From: Methanomassiliicoccales archaeon
Lineage (GTDB): Archaea; Thermoplasmatota; Thermoplasmata; Methanomassiliicoccales; UBA472
Length of the DNA: 64,000 bases
Direction: 5' to 3'
NCBI GenBank assembly: GCA_035527755.1
Contig: DATKZX010000022.1
Coordinates: 21,863-85,862 of the forward strand
Positions within the stretch are counted from its first letter, which is position 1, and each line of letters starts with the position of its first letter. Positions 9,937-19,289 of this stretch are shown piece after piece. The notes beneath the pieces are model-generated. The model saw only the letters and a list, made by a program, of their open reading frames with translations. It did not search any database and was not told the DNA's origin. The position numbers were made by a program, and so were the translations under genes.

Positions 9937-11502
9937 TCAGCGGCGCATAAGACGACGGGAGTTCAGCAATCGAGGGATGAGACTGCCTCTCTCCCGGTTG
10001 AACACCATTCCAGTGAAGTCATGCATAGCTTCCACACCATCCTTTCCATAGGGATGCCACCATATTTCCGAAGAGAAACTTCCCTTGTCGACGTGCAGGT
10101 GCTGCCTTTCCACCAGTTCCTCGAAGCCTATATCCCCGTGAGTACGGCCGGAGCCGCTCTCGCCCCGGCCACCCCATGGAGTGGCCCCCAGCCCATAGGT
10201 GTAGGCGACGTTGTTCACCATGACCGTGCCCGCCCTAAGTTCGGTGGCCAACTTTTTCCCCCGCTCCAGGTCTGCGGTCCAGATACTGCCGTTAAGGGCG
10301 AAGGCGCTGTCGTTGGCCATGTGTACAGCCTCCTCCTCGGTATCGAAGGTCAGCATAGCAACTATCGGTCCGAAGGTCTCCTGATGCACTATATCCATAT
10401 CCTGCGTCAGGTCCGATATCAACGTCGGTTCGAAGTAATGCCCCCGAAGACCCTCGCTCCTTTTTCCCCCGACCATCACCTTGGCCCCCTTTCCCAATGC
10501 TCGGGAGACCTGATTCTCCATGTTCTGCACCATCTCCTCAGAGATCATAGGCCCCATGGATATGGTCGGGTCCTTCAGGTCGAAACCCTGGCGGAGGGAG
10601 CGTACCTCCTCCATCAGTAGGGCAGTGAACCTTTCATTGACCGAACGGTGAACGTAGATGCGTTTTATGGCCCCGCATGTCTGACCACTGTTCACGAAGG
10701 AACCCCAGCAGGCCGCCTTGGCCGCGCGCTTCAGTTCGGCGTCCCTCAGGACGATGAACGCATCTTTACCTCCAAGTTCCAGGGTGATCGGCGTGAGCCG
10801 CTGAGAGGCCAGGACCATTATTCTTCGGCCCACGTCGGCGTGACCGGTGAAGATAATACGGTCCACGGCCGATGACGCCACCGCCTCGCCGATCTCATCC
10901 CCTGCCCCTACGGCCACCTGGACCAGCCCTGTCGGCGATCCAGCCTCCTCCATCAGTTCTTTCAAGCGCAACGCGGTCAGCGGAGTGAACGAGGAAGGTT
11001 TGATGATCACCGCGTTACCGGCGGCCAGGCTCATCATTGTCAGTGAATATGGAATCGCCAAAGGATAGTTCCAAGGGGTGATTATACCGATCACCCCCAA
11101 GGGCCGGGGGACGATGTACGAGGAGCGGCCCATGTATTTCATGATCAACGAGATCCTGCCGAGATCGATCGTGCTCCGGCGGAAGAGGTGCGCCATGCGC
11201 TCGATGGAGAAGTCTCCTACGCTGATCGCGTTCATGACATCGGTTGCTAAGGACTCCATAAGCGGCTTGCCGGTCTCCTGGGACACCAGTTCAGCTATTT
11301 CGTCCGCCCTTTCCACCAGCGCGCTCTGCACCTTACGAAGGACCTTGGACCTCTCGGCCAGTGGACTGGTGGCCCAATCGGACTGCGCCTGCCTGGCCTT
11401 CTCGACCATGCCGGGGACCTCGTCCGGAAGCGTAGACACCGCCTGGCCAACCTTTTCCAAAGTGGCAGGATTGTATACGTTGATGATCGGCCGGGAGCCC
11501 AT
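9937..11502 (-). CDS. NAD(P)-dependent aldehyde dehydrogenase
   Basis: ITPWNYP, KPS, LELGGKD, GQTC (catalytic Cys), ETFGP; ATG 11502 preferred because 11541 lies in the promoter region. Confidence 0.93.
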   Translation of the reverse strand: MGSRPIINVYNPATLEKVGQAVSTLPDEVPGMVEKARQAQSDWATSPLAERSKVLRKVQSALVERADEIAELVSQETGKPLMESLATDVMNAISVGDFSIERMAHLFRRSTIDLGRISLIMKYMGRSSYIVPRPLGVIGIITPWNYPLAIPYSLTMMSLAAGNAVIIKPSSFTPLTALRLKELMEEAGSPTGLVQVAVGAGDEIGEAVASSAVDRIIFTGHADVGRRIMVLASQRLTPITLELGGKDAFIVLRDAELKRAAKAACWGSFVNSGQTCGAIKRIYVHRSVNERFTALLMEEVRSLRQGFDLKDPTISMGPMISEEMVQNMENQVSRALGKGAKVMVGGKRSEGLRGHYFEPTLISDLTQDMDIVHQETFGPIVAMLTFDTEEEAVHMANDSAFALNGSIWTADLERGKKLATELRAGTVMVNNVAYTYGLGATPWGGRGESGSGRTHGDIGFEELVERQHLHVDKGSFSSEIWWHPYGKDGVEAMHDFTGMVFNRERGSLIPRLLNSRRLMRR

Positions 11503-11522
11503 GTCACGGGAAACAGCGTGAG

Positions 11523-11553
11523 GATAGATAACCCTGACCATGGTTTATCTATC
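11523..11553. promoter_or_regulatory. Symmetric divergent promoter / palindrome
   Basis: GATAGATAA-N13-TTATCTATC perfect 9-bp inverted repeat between two divergent genes. Confidence 0.55.
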
Positions 11554-11573
11554 TGGAAATTCATGAATGGCCC

Positions 11574-12254
11574 GTGTCAAGGTCGTCGATCCGCCTCTTG
11601 GCCACGGTCCTCATCCTGGTCGTCCTGACCTCGTTCATACCGACGTCGGTCCAGGCGCTGTCCCTTGATGACGACATCACTATCGAGGCCGGGGGACATA
11701 TGGTGATCATGAACTTCACCGTCGATGCCGCTCCCTCGATGTACACCTACAACGACGCGGGCAGCATTCGTTATCTGGCCTATCTTAAAACTGGTTCGGA
11801 GCAGACCAGCTTCGACGTGCTGCTGATGACCCAGGATCAATTCGGCGAGTATCTGGCGGGACGACCGTTCCAATACGTGAGCGACTCTTCCTCATTGAAC
11901 GCTGGGTCTGAACCGGCCAGTGTCTACCACCTATTCCTGGAGGGGGGCGATTTCACCCTGCTTATCGACAATTCGGACCGGGGCGGGACACCGTCCTTCC
12001 CTGGCGATCTTACGGTGCATTACCAGGTGGTCACCCAGAACCTGGAGGTACAGCAGGAGCCACGTTGGGACCTTTTCATTGGCCTCATGGCCTTCGTGGG
12101 CATGGTCGGTATGGTTTTCCTGATCGTGCTCCGCATCTCCAACCGCAACAGATTGCAGAGGGCAACAGAATCAAGTGACAGGAAGTGCGCGGGCTGCGGC
12201 GAGGTCATGCCATCCTACGGACGATATTGCCCGTACTGCGGGAAAGAAAGATGA
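11574..12254 (+). CDS. Exported membrane-anchored protein with C-terminal zinc ribbon
   Basis: Signal peptide, C-terminal TM helix, CAGC...YCPYCG. Confidence 0.8.
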   Translation: MSRSSIRLLATVLILVVLTSFIPTSVQALSLDDDITIEAGGHMVIMNFTVDAAPSMYTYNDAGSIRYLAYLKTGSEQTSFDVLLMTQDQFGEYLAGRPFQYVSDSSSLNAGSEPASVYHLFLEGGDFTLLIDNSDRGGTPSFPGDLTVHYQVVTQNLEVQQEPRWDLFIGLMAFVGMVGMVFLIVLRISNRNRLQRATESSDRKCAGCGEVMPSYGRYCPYCGKER

Positions 12255-14009
12255 TCACATTCCCCAGAAGGGGTCGCCTCTTCGCTTGATCTCCAACAGC
12301 TGCTCCAGGACCTCCTTCTCGTCGTGATTTAGGTCGTAGTCCCGCAGGTTCTTGATCTCCGACTCCAGAATATCGATGTAGAGGATGTCCTCCACGTCTA
12401 TCTGCCGCCCCACGGTGGCATCCTCTATGGCCACGGCGATCTCCTGACCAGCGATCGCTTCGCGCAGAACGTCCTCGCCTGTCCGCAGCGAACGTATGCG
12501 GCCGAGGTCCTTGCCGTCATGGGTGATCAGCTTCTGACCGGTACGAATGCGGCCCGCCAGCACACGCACGCCGACGATGGCCGGCTTGCTGGTGCGGAAG
12601 ATACAGTTGGGCAATATCTTGATCTTTCCGGGGAAGGCCACCAAGGAACGCTTCTCCAGCTCGGCCTTGCGTTTCTCCTCCCCTACCCATCTCTGGTAAT
12701 CGTCTATGAGACCGTACACCACCTCGTTGATGAATACCTTGGAGGTGTGATGAAGCAGTGCCTCTTTCGCGTCCGGAAGCATGTTGATGTTGAAGCCCAG
12801 CACCACCTTGTGCAACGGATCGTTATATGCGGTGACCTCGGTGATGTCACGTTTGGAAATGTCCCCGATCTCGTACTTGCGGATGGGTATGTCCGCCCTC
12901 TTGCATTCAAAGGCGAGCGCTTCCAATGAGCCGAGGGCATCGGCCTTGATCATGAGACCGTTGTCCACTACCTCGATGTTGATCGTGGTCTCCTCGGCGA
13001 TCTCCTTCAGCACCTCGTCCTGATCGCCCTTGATGACCCGCAGGGGCGCCCCTGCGACCGCCCCCTCCAAGTTCTGACAGAGCAGCTTGACCCCCGCTGC
13101 CGCGGTGATCTCCTTCATGCGGTCGAACTTGTCCCGCGGGTCCCTTATCTCGTCCAGCGGCTTAGGTTTCAGTATGGCCTTGACCTTGGTGACCAACGGT
13201 TTACCTTTCGTCCCGAGGGCTATGGTGTCACCCTGCCTGAGCTCCCCATTGTAGAGTATGATGTCGATGGTCGGCCCCAGCCCGCGCTCCTCCTTGACCT
13301 CCAGTATGGTGCCTTTGCCCGGACCCACGGCGGTGTTCAGTGAATCCTCCAAGAAGCGCTGGGCCAGGCCGACCAGGACCAGAAGGAGGTCGGGTACGCC
13401 CTCGCCGTTCTTGGCGCTGATGGGGACCAGCGCTATGTTCTTTTTGAAGTTCTCGATGCGATCGTAGCGTTCGGAGGAGAGCCCTTCGGATGCCAGGCGG
13501 CCGACCACGTTATACATTTTCTCGTTCATCGCATCCAGCGCCTCCTCGGTCTGCGCTTTCTCGGAAAGAATGAAAGGAGACGAAGGGTGGGTGACCCAGC
13601 CGTTGATCAGGTCGATCTTGTTCAGGGCGATGATGAAAGGGGTCTTGAAACGTCTGAGGATATTTATCGATTCCAGGGTCTGCGGTTTCAATCCCTCGTT
13701 GATATCGATGACCAGGATGGCTATGTCGGCCAAGGACCCGCCCCTGGCGCGCAGCGTGGTGAAGGAATGATGCCCAGGGGTGTCGATGAAAAGAAGTCCC
13801 GGTACGGTGAACTTCCTGCTGCCGAGCAGCTTGGCGCAGACCTTGTTGACGTGATCCAACGGCACCTCCGTCGCGCCGATATGCTGAGTGATGGCTCCCG
13901 CCTCGTGAGTTATGACCGCCGTCCCCCGGATATAATCGAGCAGGCTGGTCTTGCCGTGGTCCACATGGCCCAGCACGCTGACGATGGGTTGCCGGATGGT
14001 CATGTTCAT
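12255..14009 (-). CDS. infB: Translation initiation factor IF-2 (aIF5B)
   Basis: [33 protein letters not shown]. Confidence 0.98.
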   Translation of the reverse strand: MNMTIRQPIVSVLGHVDHGKTSLLDYIRGTAVITHEAGAITQHIGATEVPLDHVNKVCAKLLGSRKFTVPGLLFIDTPGHHSFTTLRARGGSLADIAILVIDINEGLKPQTLESINILRRFKTPFIIALNKIDLINGWVTHPSSPFILSEKAQTEEALDAMNEKMYNVVGRLASEGLSSERYDRIENFKKNIALVPISAKNGEGVPDLLLVLVGLAQRFLEDSLNTAVGPGKGTILEVKEERGLGPTIDIILYNGELRQGDTIALGTKGKPLVTKVKAILKPKPLDEIRDPRDKFDRMKEITAAAGVKLLCQNLEGAVAGAPLRVIKGDQDEVLKEIAEETTINIEVVDNGLMIKADALGSLEALAFECKRADIPIRKYEIGDISKRDITEVTAYNDPLHKVVLGFNINMLPDAKEALLHHTSKVFINEVVYGLIDDYQRWVGEEKRKAELEKRSLVAFPGKIKILPNCIFRTSKPAIVGVRVLAGRIRTGQKLITHDGKDLGRIRSLRTGEDVLREAIAGQEIAVAIEDATVGRQIDVEDILYIDILESEIKNLRDYDLNHDEKEVLEQLLEIKRRGDPFWGM

Positions 14010-14076
14010 CGGATTCGAAAATGCATATTAGTATCTTTTCCAAACCACGGTCGACTGGCGTAGAAGCATCATATTG

Positions 14077-14104
14077 AAAAAAAAAGGTATAAAAAATAAG
14101 GTTT
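14077..14104 (-). terminator. AAACC plus U-tract 3' signal after ndk
   Basis: Minus strand reads AAACCTTATTTTTTATACCTTTTTTTT, 18 nt after the stop. Confidence 0.6.
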
Positions 14105-14122
14105 GGGGAAAGGATTTTTATT

Positions 14123-14575
14123 CTACTCGAACAGCCAGACCTTGCTGCAGATCTCGTAGCTCTGCATCTCGTAGTCGTTGAAGAAAAGCTCGATCTCCCG
14201 CTTGGCCGACTCCGGGGAATCGGATCCATGTATGATGTTGCGGCCGGTCTGCTGAGCGAGATCGCCCCTGATGGTGCCGGGTGCGGCCTCCACCGGGTTG
14301 GTCTTGCCCATCATACCTCGCATCACGGAGATGATATTGTCTCCCTCCCAGACCATTACAAGCACCGGACCAGCGGTCATGTAATCGATCAACTTGGGAA
14401 AGAAACCTTTGGTCTTATGCTCACCATAGTGACGCTCAGCCAGCTCGCGCGGGATGCGCATGAACTTCATGGCTACCGGGCGGAAGCCCTTAGCTTCCAA
14501 CCGGGCTACGATCTGACCAATCAGACCGCGCTGCACCGCATCGGGCTTGAGCATCACGAAGGTGCGCTCGATCAT
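14123..14575 (-). CDS. ndk: Nucleoside diphosphate kinase
   Basis: [34 protein letters not shown] overlaps the rpl24e stop. Confidence 0.97.
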   Translation of the reverse strand: MIERTFVMLKPDAVQRGLIGQIVARLEAKGFRPVAMKFMRIPRELAERHYGEHKTKGFFPKLIDYMTAGPVLVMVWEGDNIISVMRGMMGKTNPVEAAPGTIRGDLAQQTGRNIIHGSDSPESAKREIELFFNDYEMQSYEICSKVWLFE

Positions 14576-14808
14576 TGAGCTCGCTCCTTCTGCTCGATCT
14601 TCTCCCTGGCTGCCAGGGTGAGGTTCTTCTTGACGGCGTACGCCTGGGTCCAGGTGATCTTCCGGGGCACCCTCTTCATAGTCACCATGTTCTTGTAGCA
14701 CTTGTTAGTGCAATAGAGGAATACGGTGCCGTCCTTCTTGACGTACATCTTGCCGGTTCCAGGCTCGATCTGCTCGCCGCAGAAGGAGCATAAACGTTGC
14801 TCGACCAT
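14572..14808 (-). CDS. rpl24e: 50S ribosomal protein L24e
   Basis: [17 protein letters not shown]...C..KC...PRKITWT. Confidence 0.96.
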   Translation of the reverse strand: MVEQRLCSFCGEQIEPGTGKMYVKKDGTVFLYCTNKCYKNMVTMKRVPRKITWTQAYAVKKNLTLAAREKIEQKERAQ

Positions 14809-14821
14809 GTTGATGACCTCC

Positions 14822-15034
14822 TTACCTGAGAGAGAGCTTTCGAGCCTCTCTGGACGTCTCCCTGAGCATCAGAATGTCGCCCATTCGGACCGGCCCCATG
14901 ATGTTCCTGGTGATGATCCTTCCCTTGTCACGGCCGTCCAGCACGCGGACCTTTACCTGGGTGGCTTCCCCGGTCATGCCCGTCCTGCCGATAACCTCCA
15001 CGACTTCTGAAGGAATGCTATCTTCGTCAGCCAT
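14822..15034 (-). CDS. rps28e: 30S ribosomal protein S28e
   Basis: [17 protein letters not shown]...[18 protein letters not shown]. Confidence 0.97.
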   Translation of the reverse strand: MADEDSIPSEVVEVIGRTGMTGEATQVKVRVLDGRDKGRIITRNIMGPVRMGDILMLRETSREARKLSLR

Positions 15035-15046
15035 TTACTACACCCT

Positions 15047-15418
15047 TTAGCCCTTTATCTTTTTGACCTGGTCGACCAAGTTCTCCAGGATGGGCTTGCC
15101 CTTTCCAGCATCGAGCACCGCTATGGAAGCGGTGGGCTTCTCCAGACCGCAGGAGTTTCCCAGCTGAGCCTTGCTGTCCACGTATACGTAGGGAATGTTT
15201 CTCTCCTCGCATAGCATGGGCATGTGGGCCAGGATCTCAGGGGGCTGAACATCTTCGGCCAGAACGACCAGGACGGCTTCGCCGCGTTCTACGATCTTGG
15301 TGACCTCGTTAGTGCCCTTCTTTAGCTTGCCGGTATCCCGGGCCAGCTCTACGACCTCATAGGCCTTGTCCTTGAGCTCCTTGGGCATTTCGAACCTAAC
15401 AAATACTGCTTTTGCCAA
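15047..15418 (-). CDS. rpl7ae: 50S ribosomal protein L7Ae
   Basis: KKGTNEVTK..ERG, AEDVQPPEI motifs; TTG start after GGAGGT. Confidence 0.96.
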   Translation of the reverse strand: MAKAVFVRFEMPKELKDKAYEVVELARDTGKLKKGTNEVTKIVERGEAVLVVLAEDVQPPEILAHMPMLCEERNIPYVYVDSKAQLGNSCGLEKPTASIAVLDAGKGKPILENLVDQVKKIKG

Positions 15419-15430
15419 ACTTATACCTCC

Positions 15431-15479
15431 TTCCGATGTATAAACATCCTCATTATTCACAGGCTCATTAGAGCAGGAA
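15431..15479 (-). promoter_or_regulatory. Structured 5' UTR of rpl7ae containing a K-loop
   Basis: CC-UGU-GA-AUAAU-GA-GG at 15448-15463 flanked by two hairpins; TATA-like TTTTATA at 15498-15504. Confidence 0.6.
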
Positions 15480-15670
15480 CGCTCAAAGGTATGGTTCTAT
15501 AAAAGGGTTATCCAATGCCGTCGTGGTCGAACGGTCGGGTGACCGTATATCACTGGTATGCGACATTTCTATAGCGATAAGAACGCTCGAAACGCATAAG
15601 TGCATTGTGGCCTGAACCCGCGGACCGATCCATATGATATTACTGCCGGTGGATCTTGGCGGCGTCCTCC

Positions 15671-16405
15671 CTAGCTAATCTGGGAGAATAATCTTCCCAG
15701 TCCCTCCAGGATGAGGAATGCCTCTTCCTCGATGCAATATAGGTGCGTCCGGGGGTCGACGCTCACATAACCGGCATCCACCAGCTTCCGGAGATGGAAC
15801 TGGAGGTGCCCCTTCTTCATGTCCAGCTCCTTACTGATCTCGGTAAAGCTGCGCGAGCTGGTATACAGCATGGCCAGTATCTTCAACCGTATAGCGCTCG
15901 AGAGTGGTGCGAGGTAGGTTTCCATTCTCTCCGGCTCCACCTCGCCGAAAACGCTCTCGCAGGACCGCGTCAGCATCGGCCTCCCGGTTTGGAAACGGAG
16001 CGTCTCCATCGATGCCATCTGCTGCCGTGCTCGGTCCACGACCTCCAGCAGGGTCCGGTTGATCGTCTCCGCATCGGAGACCTGGCTGATGAGACCTCTA
16101 AGCTCATCCAGCCCGTGCATGGCTCCGCTCAGGTCGTCGCCCTTGTAACGGTCGATAGCATTATCATAGAGATCCGACAGGCGGCCCAGCGATTCCCTGG
16201 AATATCCAGACGCAATGTCCCGCCGGTCCTCGATCGCCGCGCGGAAAGCACCCCGGTTGTGGTCCAGGAAGGAAGCCCCGATCTGCTCCCTGAACACCCT
16301 GGTCATGTTGTCCTGCCGGAGTGATACGACGGATCGATTGATCGAGTCCATCTCCTGCCGCATTTCCTCGATCTTCTTCAACAGGTCATCGTTGGTAGCC
16401 GTCAT
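15671..16405 (-). CDS. ArsR-type regulator with C-terminal winged HTH (Msr-like)
   Basis: 244 aa; C-terminal PLSSAIRLKIL...SFTEIS...GHLQFHLRKL. Confidence 0.8.
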   Translation of the reverse strand: MTATNDDLLKKIEEMRQEMDSINRSVVSLRQDNMTRVFREQIGASFLDHNRGAFRAAIEDRRDIASGYSRESLGRLSDLYDNAIDRYKGDDLSGAMHGLDELRGLISQVSDAETINRTLLEVVDRARQQMASMETLRFQTGRPMLTRSCESVFGEVEPERMETYLAPLSSAIRLKILAMLYTSSRSFTEISKELDMKKGHLQFHLRKLVDAGYVSVDPRTHLYCIEEEAFLILEGLGRLFSQIS

Positions 16406-16495
16406 CAGTAATAGAAGAATTGTACTAAATTATATTTAAATATTACCAAGGACGATAGCGTGGCCGACGGCAGGTGCCGTTAGATGGTGGGATGA

Positions 16496-17134
16496 TTGAG
16501 GATCGGCGTAGTGGCCTGCGAGTGTTTCAAGAAGGAGATAGACCTGTTGACCGAGGGGGACCCGGACATCACCTTCAAGGAATACCTGGAGTTCGGATTG
16601 CACTCTTACCCCCAGGACCTGAAGAGGGAAGTTATCGCTCATGTCAATGTACTGCGCGGACAGGTGGACGCAGTGTTCCTGGGATACGGAACCTGCAACT
16701 CGCTGAAGGACGTGATCGAAGAGCTGGAGGTGCCGACCGTCACCATAGACGCGGACGATTGCGTCGGAGCGCTGCTCACCACCGACGAGTATACGAGGGA
16801 AAGGAAGGTCTGCACCGGGACCCTGTTCTCCATACCGTTCGTCTCGGACATGGGGGTCGAGTACTTCCAGAAGGATCTGGATAGCAAGATGCCCAACCAC
16901 GAGGAGCTGGGGGTGGACGTGCAGTGGTTCTTAGACATACTGTTCGATGGATATTCTCGATTGCTGTTCATCGACACCGGTATCGGTGATCGCGATCATT
17001 ACGAACAGAAGTCAATGGATTTCGCCGAGACGCTGAAGCTGAGGTACGAAGCCCGCCACGGTACGTTGGATGTCCTGAGGGACCGCCTGGAAGATACCAA
17101 GATCCTGGCGCGGTCCCTTCCGCGGTCCGGTTGA
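16496..17134 (+). CDS. DUF1638 domain protein
   Basis: ACECF, GLHSYP, LGYGTC, DDCVG, YSRLLFIDTG motifs. Confidence 0.8.
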   Translation: MRIGVVACECFKKEIDLLTEGDPDITFKEYLEFGLHSYPQDLKREVIAHVNVLRGQVDAVFLGYGTCNSLKDVIEELEVPTVTIDADDCVGALLTTDEYTRERKVCTGTLFSIPFVSDMGVEYFQKDLDSKMPNHEELGVDVQWFLDILFDGYSRLLFIDTGIGDRDHYEQKSMDFAETLKLRYEARHGTLDVLRDRLEDTKILARSLPRSG

Positions 17135-17142
17135 ACGAGGTC

Positions 17143-18117
17143 CTAGATGAAGTGCAGCTGCTCCTCCTGCGGAGTGCGCATGGGCTTCTGCTTTTCGAAG
17201 ACGGCGCATACTGGCTGCTCAGCCTCGTGCCCGTAGTGAATATACCATTTTCGGCATAGCCAATCCTGCAGCTTGGCAATGTCGTCGTTCTCCATGTGAC
17301 GAAACCGACCTTGCAGCTTCAGATAGTCGGTCACCGGCAGCATGGTCTGCGGACGATAGGTCGTTCGGGAGCTGCCTTCCTCGATCTCGAACAGCGTCCA
17401 CATACCAGTTTCCACCGCCAACCGGGATATCTCGACGGTCATGGAGGGATCGCTGCGCCATCCAGGGACGCAGGGGGTCATGACATGCAGGAAGCGGAAT
17501 CCCTTCATGTTCTTGGCCTTCTCCACCTTCTTCACGAAGTCGTTGAAGTGAGCTATGGAGAGCGAAGCGGCGTAGGGGGGGTCGTGAGCGGCGATGATGG
17601 CCATCAGGTCCTTTTTGAACTCCCTCTTTCCCTTTACGATGTCCCCCACCGGGGATGTGGTGGTCCAGGCACCGAACGGTGTGGCCCCGCTTCTCTGTAT
17701 GCCGGTGTTCATGTAACCTTCGTTGTCCAGGCAGACGTAGAGGACGTCCTCGTTTCGCTCCGCGGCGCCGGACAGCGCCTGCAGACCGATGTCGAAGGTC
17801 CCGCCGTCTCCAGCCAGACCGACGACGGTGGAGCTCAGTCCTCGTCGTCTCTGGGCAGCGCGTATCCCGGTGATCACCGCCCCGGTGTTCTCGAAAGCGG
17901 TGTACAGATAGGGCGTCCGGAAGTTGGTCGTGGGGTACATGGCGCTGATGACGATGAGGCAGCTGGCCGGGACGTACACGGTGGTGTTCTCGCCCAATAT
18001 CCTCATGATGTTCTTGACCGCCACGGCCATGCCGCAGCCGGCGCAGGCACCGTGCCCGCTGGTGAACGGATCGTTCCGGGGCATGTCCTTGATGGTGCTC
18101 ATCTCCCTCTCGTTCAC
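17143..18117 (-). CDS. porB: 2-oxoacid (pyruvate/ketoisovalerate):ferredoxin oxidoreductase beta subunit
   Basis: GHGACAGCG, GDGGTFDIGLQALSG, DNEGYMNTGIQRS, PCVPGW; start GTG 18117 or ATG 18102. Confidence 0.92.
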   Translation of the reverse strand: MNEREMSTIKDMPRNDPFTSGHGACAGCGMAVAVKNIMRILGENTTVYVPASCLIVISAMYPTTNFRTPYLYTAFENTGAVITGIRAAQRRRGLSSTVVGLAGDGGTFDIGLQALSGAAERNEDVLYVCLDNEGYMNTGIQRSGATPFGAWTTTSPVGDIVKGKREFKKDLMAIIAAHDPPYAASLSIAHFNDFVKKVEKAKNMKGFRFLHVMTPCVPGWRSDPSMTVEISRLAVETGMWTLFEIEEGSSRTTYRPQTMLPVTDYLKLQGRFRHMENDDIAKLQDWLCRKWYIHYGHEAEQPVCAVFEKQKPMRTPQEEQLHFI

Positions 18118-19289
18118 TCCATATCCCCCCTTAGGCCGTGCCAGGTGACCTTTCGAACGTCCTCGCCCCTCGCCGCCTTCTCCACAAGGTCGTACATATC
18201 CCGCATGTGCCTGGGAGTGATATCGCGGCCGCCGATCCCGGCGATATGTCCGGTGACGGTCACCGGTACGTTGCACAGGGCTGCCGCCACCTCCGTGTGG
18301 ACCGGCCCCCCGCCGTTGAACGAGACGGAACGGTCGAAGACACCCAGGGACCTGAGGCCCTTGGTGGCTTCGCACAGTTCCTTGAAAGGGAAGGGACGCA
18401 TGAAACGCAGCTTGATCAGACCGGCCTTTTTGCCTTCGGCCCTCATCTCGTCTACCGTGCGTCTCGCTAGACCCGTCGCCGTCCCCAACGTCAGCATGGC
18501 GAACTCCGCATCCTCCATGCGGTAGGTGTCGATGAGACCACCGTAGGAGCGGCCGAAGACCTTGGCGAACTCCTTGTCCACCTCCATGATGATCTCCCGA
18601 GAATGCTCGATCGCCCTATCCAACTGGTAGCGCATCTCCATGGCGTACTCCGGCGGGACGATGGGATTGATCACCTTGGGGTCCGCGGGGTCCAAAATGT
18701 TGAGCGGGTCGTATTTGGGAAGGAAATCATCTACCTCCTCCTGCTCCGGTAGCTCCACCTTCTCTACCGTATGTGATAGAATGAAACCGTCCAGGCATAT
18801 CATGACGGGCAGCAACGACCGGCGGTCCTCCGCCAGACGGAAAGCCATGATCGTTGCGTCCAAAGCCTCCTGGTTGTCCTCCACGTACATCTGCAGCCAT
18901 CCCGAGTCCCGCTCGGCCATGGAATCGTTGTACTCCACCCAGATGCCTGAGGCGGCACCGAGGCTGCGGTTGACATTGACCATCACGATGGGCAGACGGT
19001 TCTGGGGGACGCAATACAACATCTCGTGCATCAAGGCCAGTCCCTGCGAGGAGGTCGCGGTGAACACTCTCACTCCCCCGGCGCTAGCGCCTATTGCTAT
19101 GCTCATCACCGAATGCTCGCTATCGGCCGGAATAAAATCCGCGTCCAATTCCCCGTTGCTAATGAACTCCGCCAGCTGTTCCACTATTAGCGTCTGCGGG
19201 GTGATGGGGAACGATGGTATCACTTCAATTCGAGCGAGCTTGGCCGCATACGCCACCGCGTGATCGGCGCTGATGACCCTGACCTTCAT
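18114..19289 (-). CDS. porA: 2-oxoacid:ferredoxin oxidoreductase alpha subunit
   Basis: FPITPQT, SEHS, TATSSQGLALMHE, DGFILSH. Confidence 0.93.
   Translation of the reverse strand: MKVRVISADHAVAYAAKLARIEVIPSFPITPQTLIVEQLAEFISNGELDADFIPADSEHSVMSIAIGASAGGVRVFTATSSQGLALMHEMLYCVPQNRLPIVMVNVNRSLGAASGIWVEYNDSMAERDSGWLQMYVEDNQEALDATIMAFRLAEDRRSLLPVMICLDGFILSHTVEKVELPEQEEVDDFLPKYDPLNILDPADPKVINPIVPPEYAMEMRYQLDRAIEHSREIIMEVDKEFAKVFGRSYGGLIDTYRMEDAEFAMLTLGTATGLARRTVDEMRAEGKKAGLIKLRFMRPFPFKELCEATKGLRSLGVFDRSVSFNGGGPVHTEVAAALCNVPVTVTGHIAGIGGRDITPRHMRDMYDLVEKAARGEDVRKVTWHGLRGDME

Noticed and set aside
14576..14701. ORF-track N-terminal extensions of ndk, porB (to 18375), DUF89 (to 43746), the TPR gene (to 49609) and marC (from 32588)
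   Set aside because: They overlap neighbouring genes or promoters; downstream starts fit family N-termini and RBS/ATGA coupling better.
17296..18525. 409-aa plus-strand ORF and many similar long antisense ORFs (e.g. 9769-10620, 42208-42993)
   Set aside because: Antisense shadows of well-supported genes in GC-rich DNA, with no recognisable motifs.
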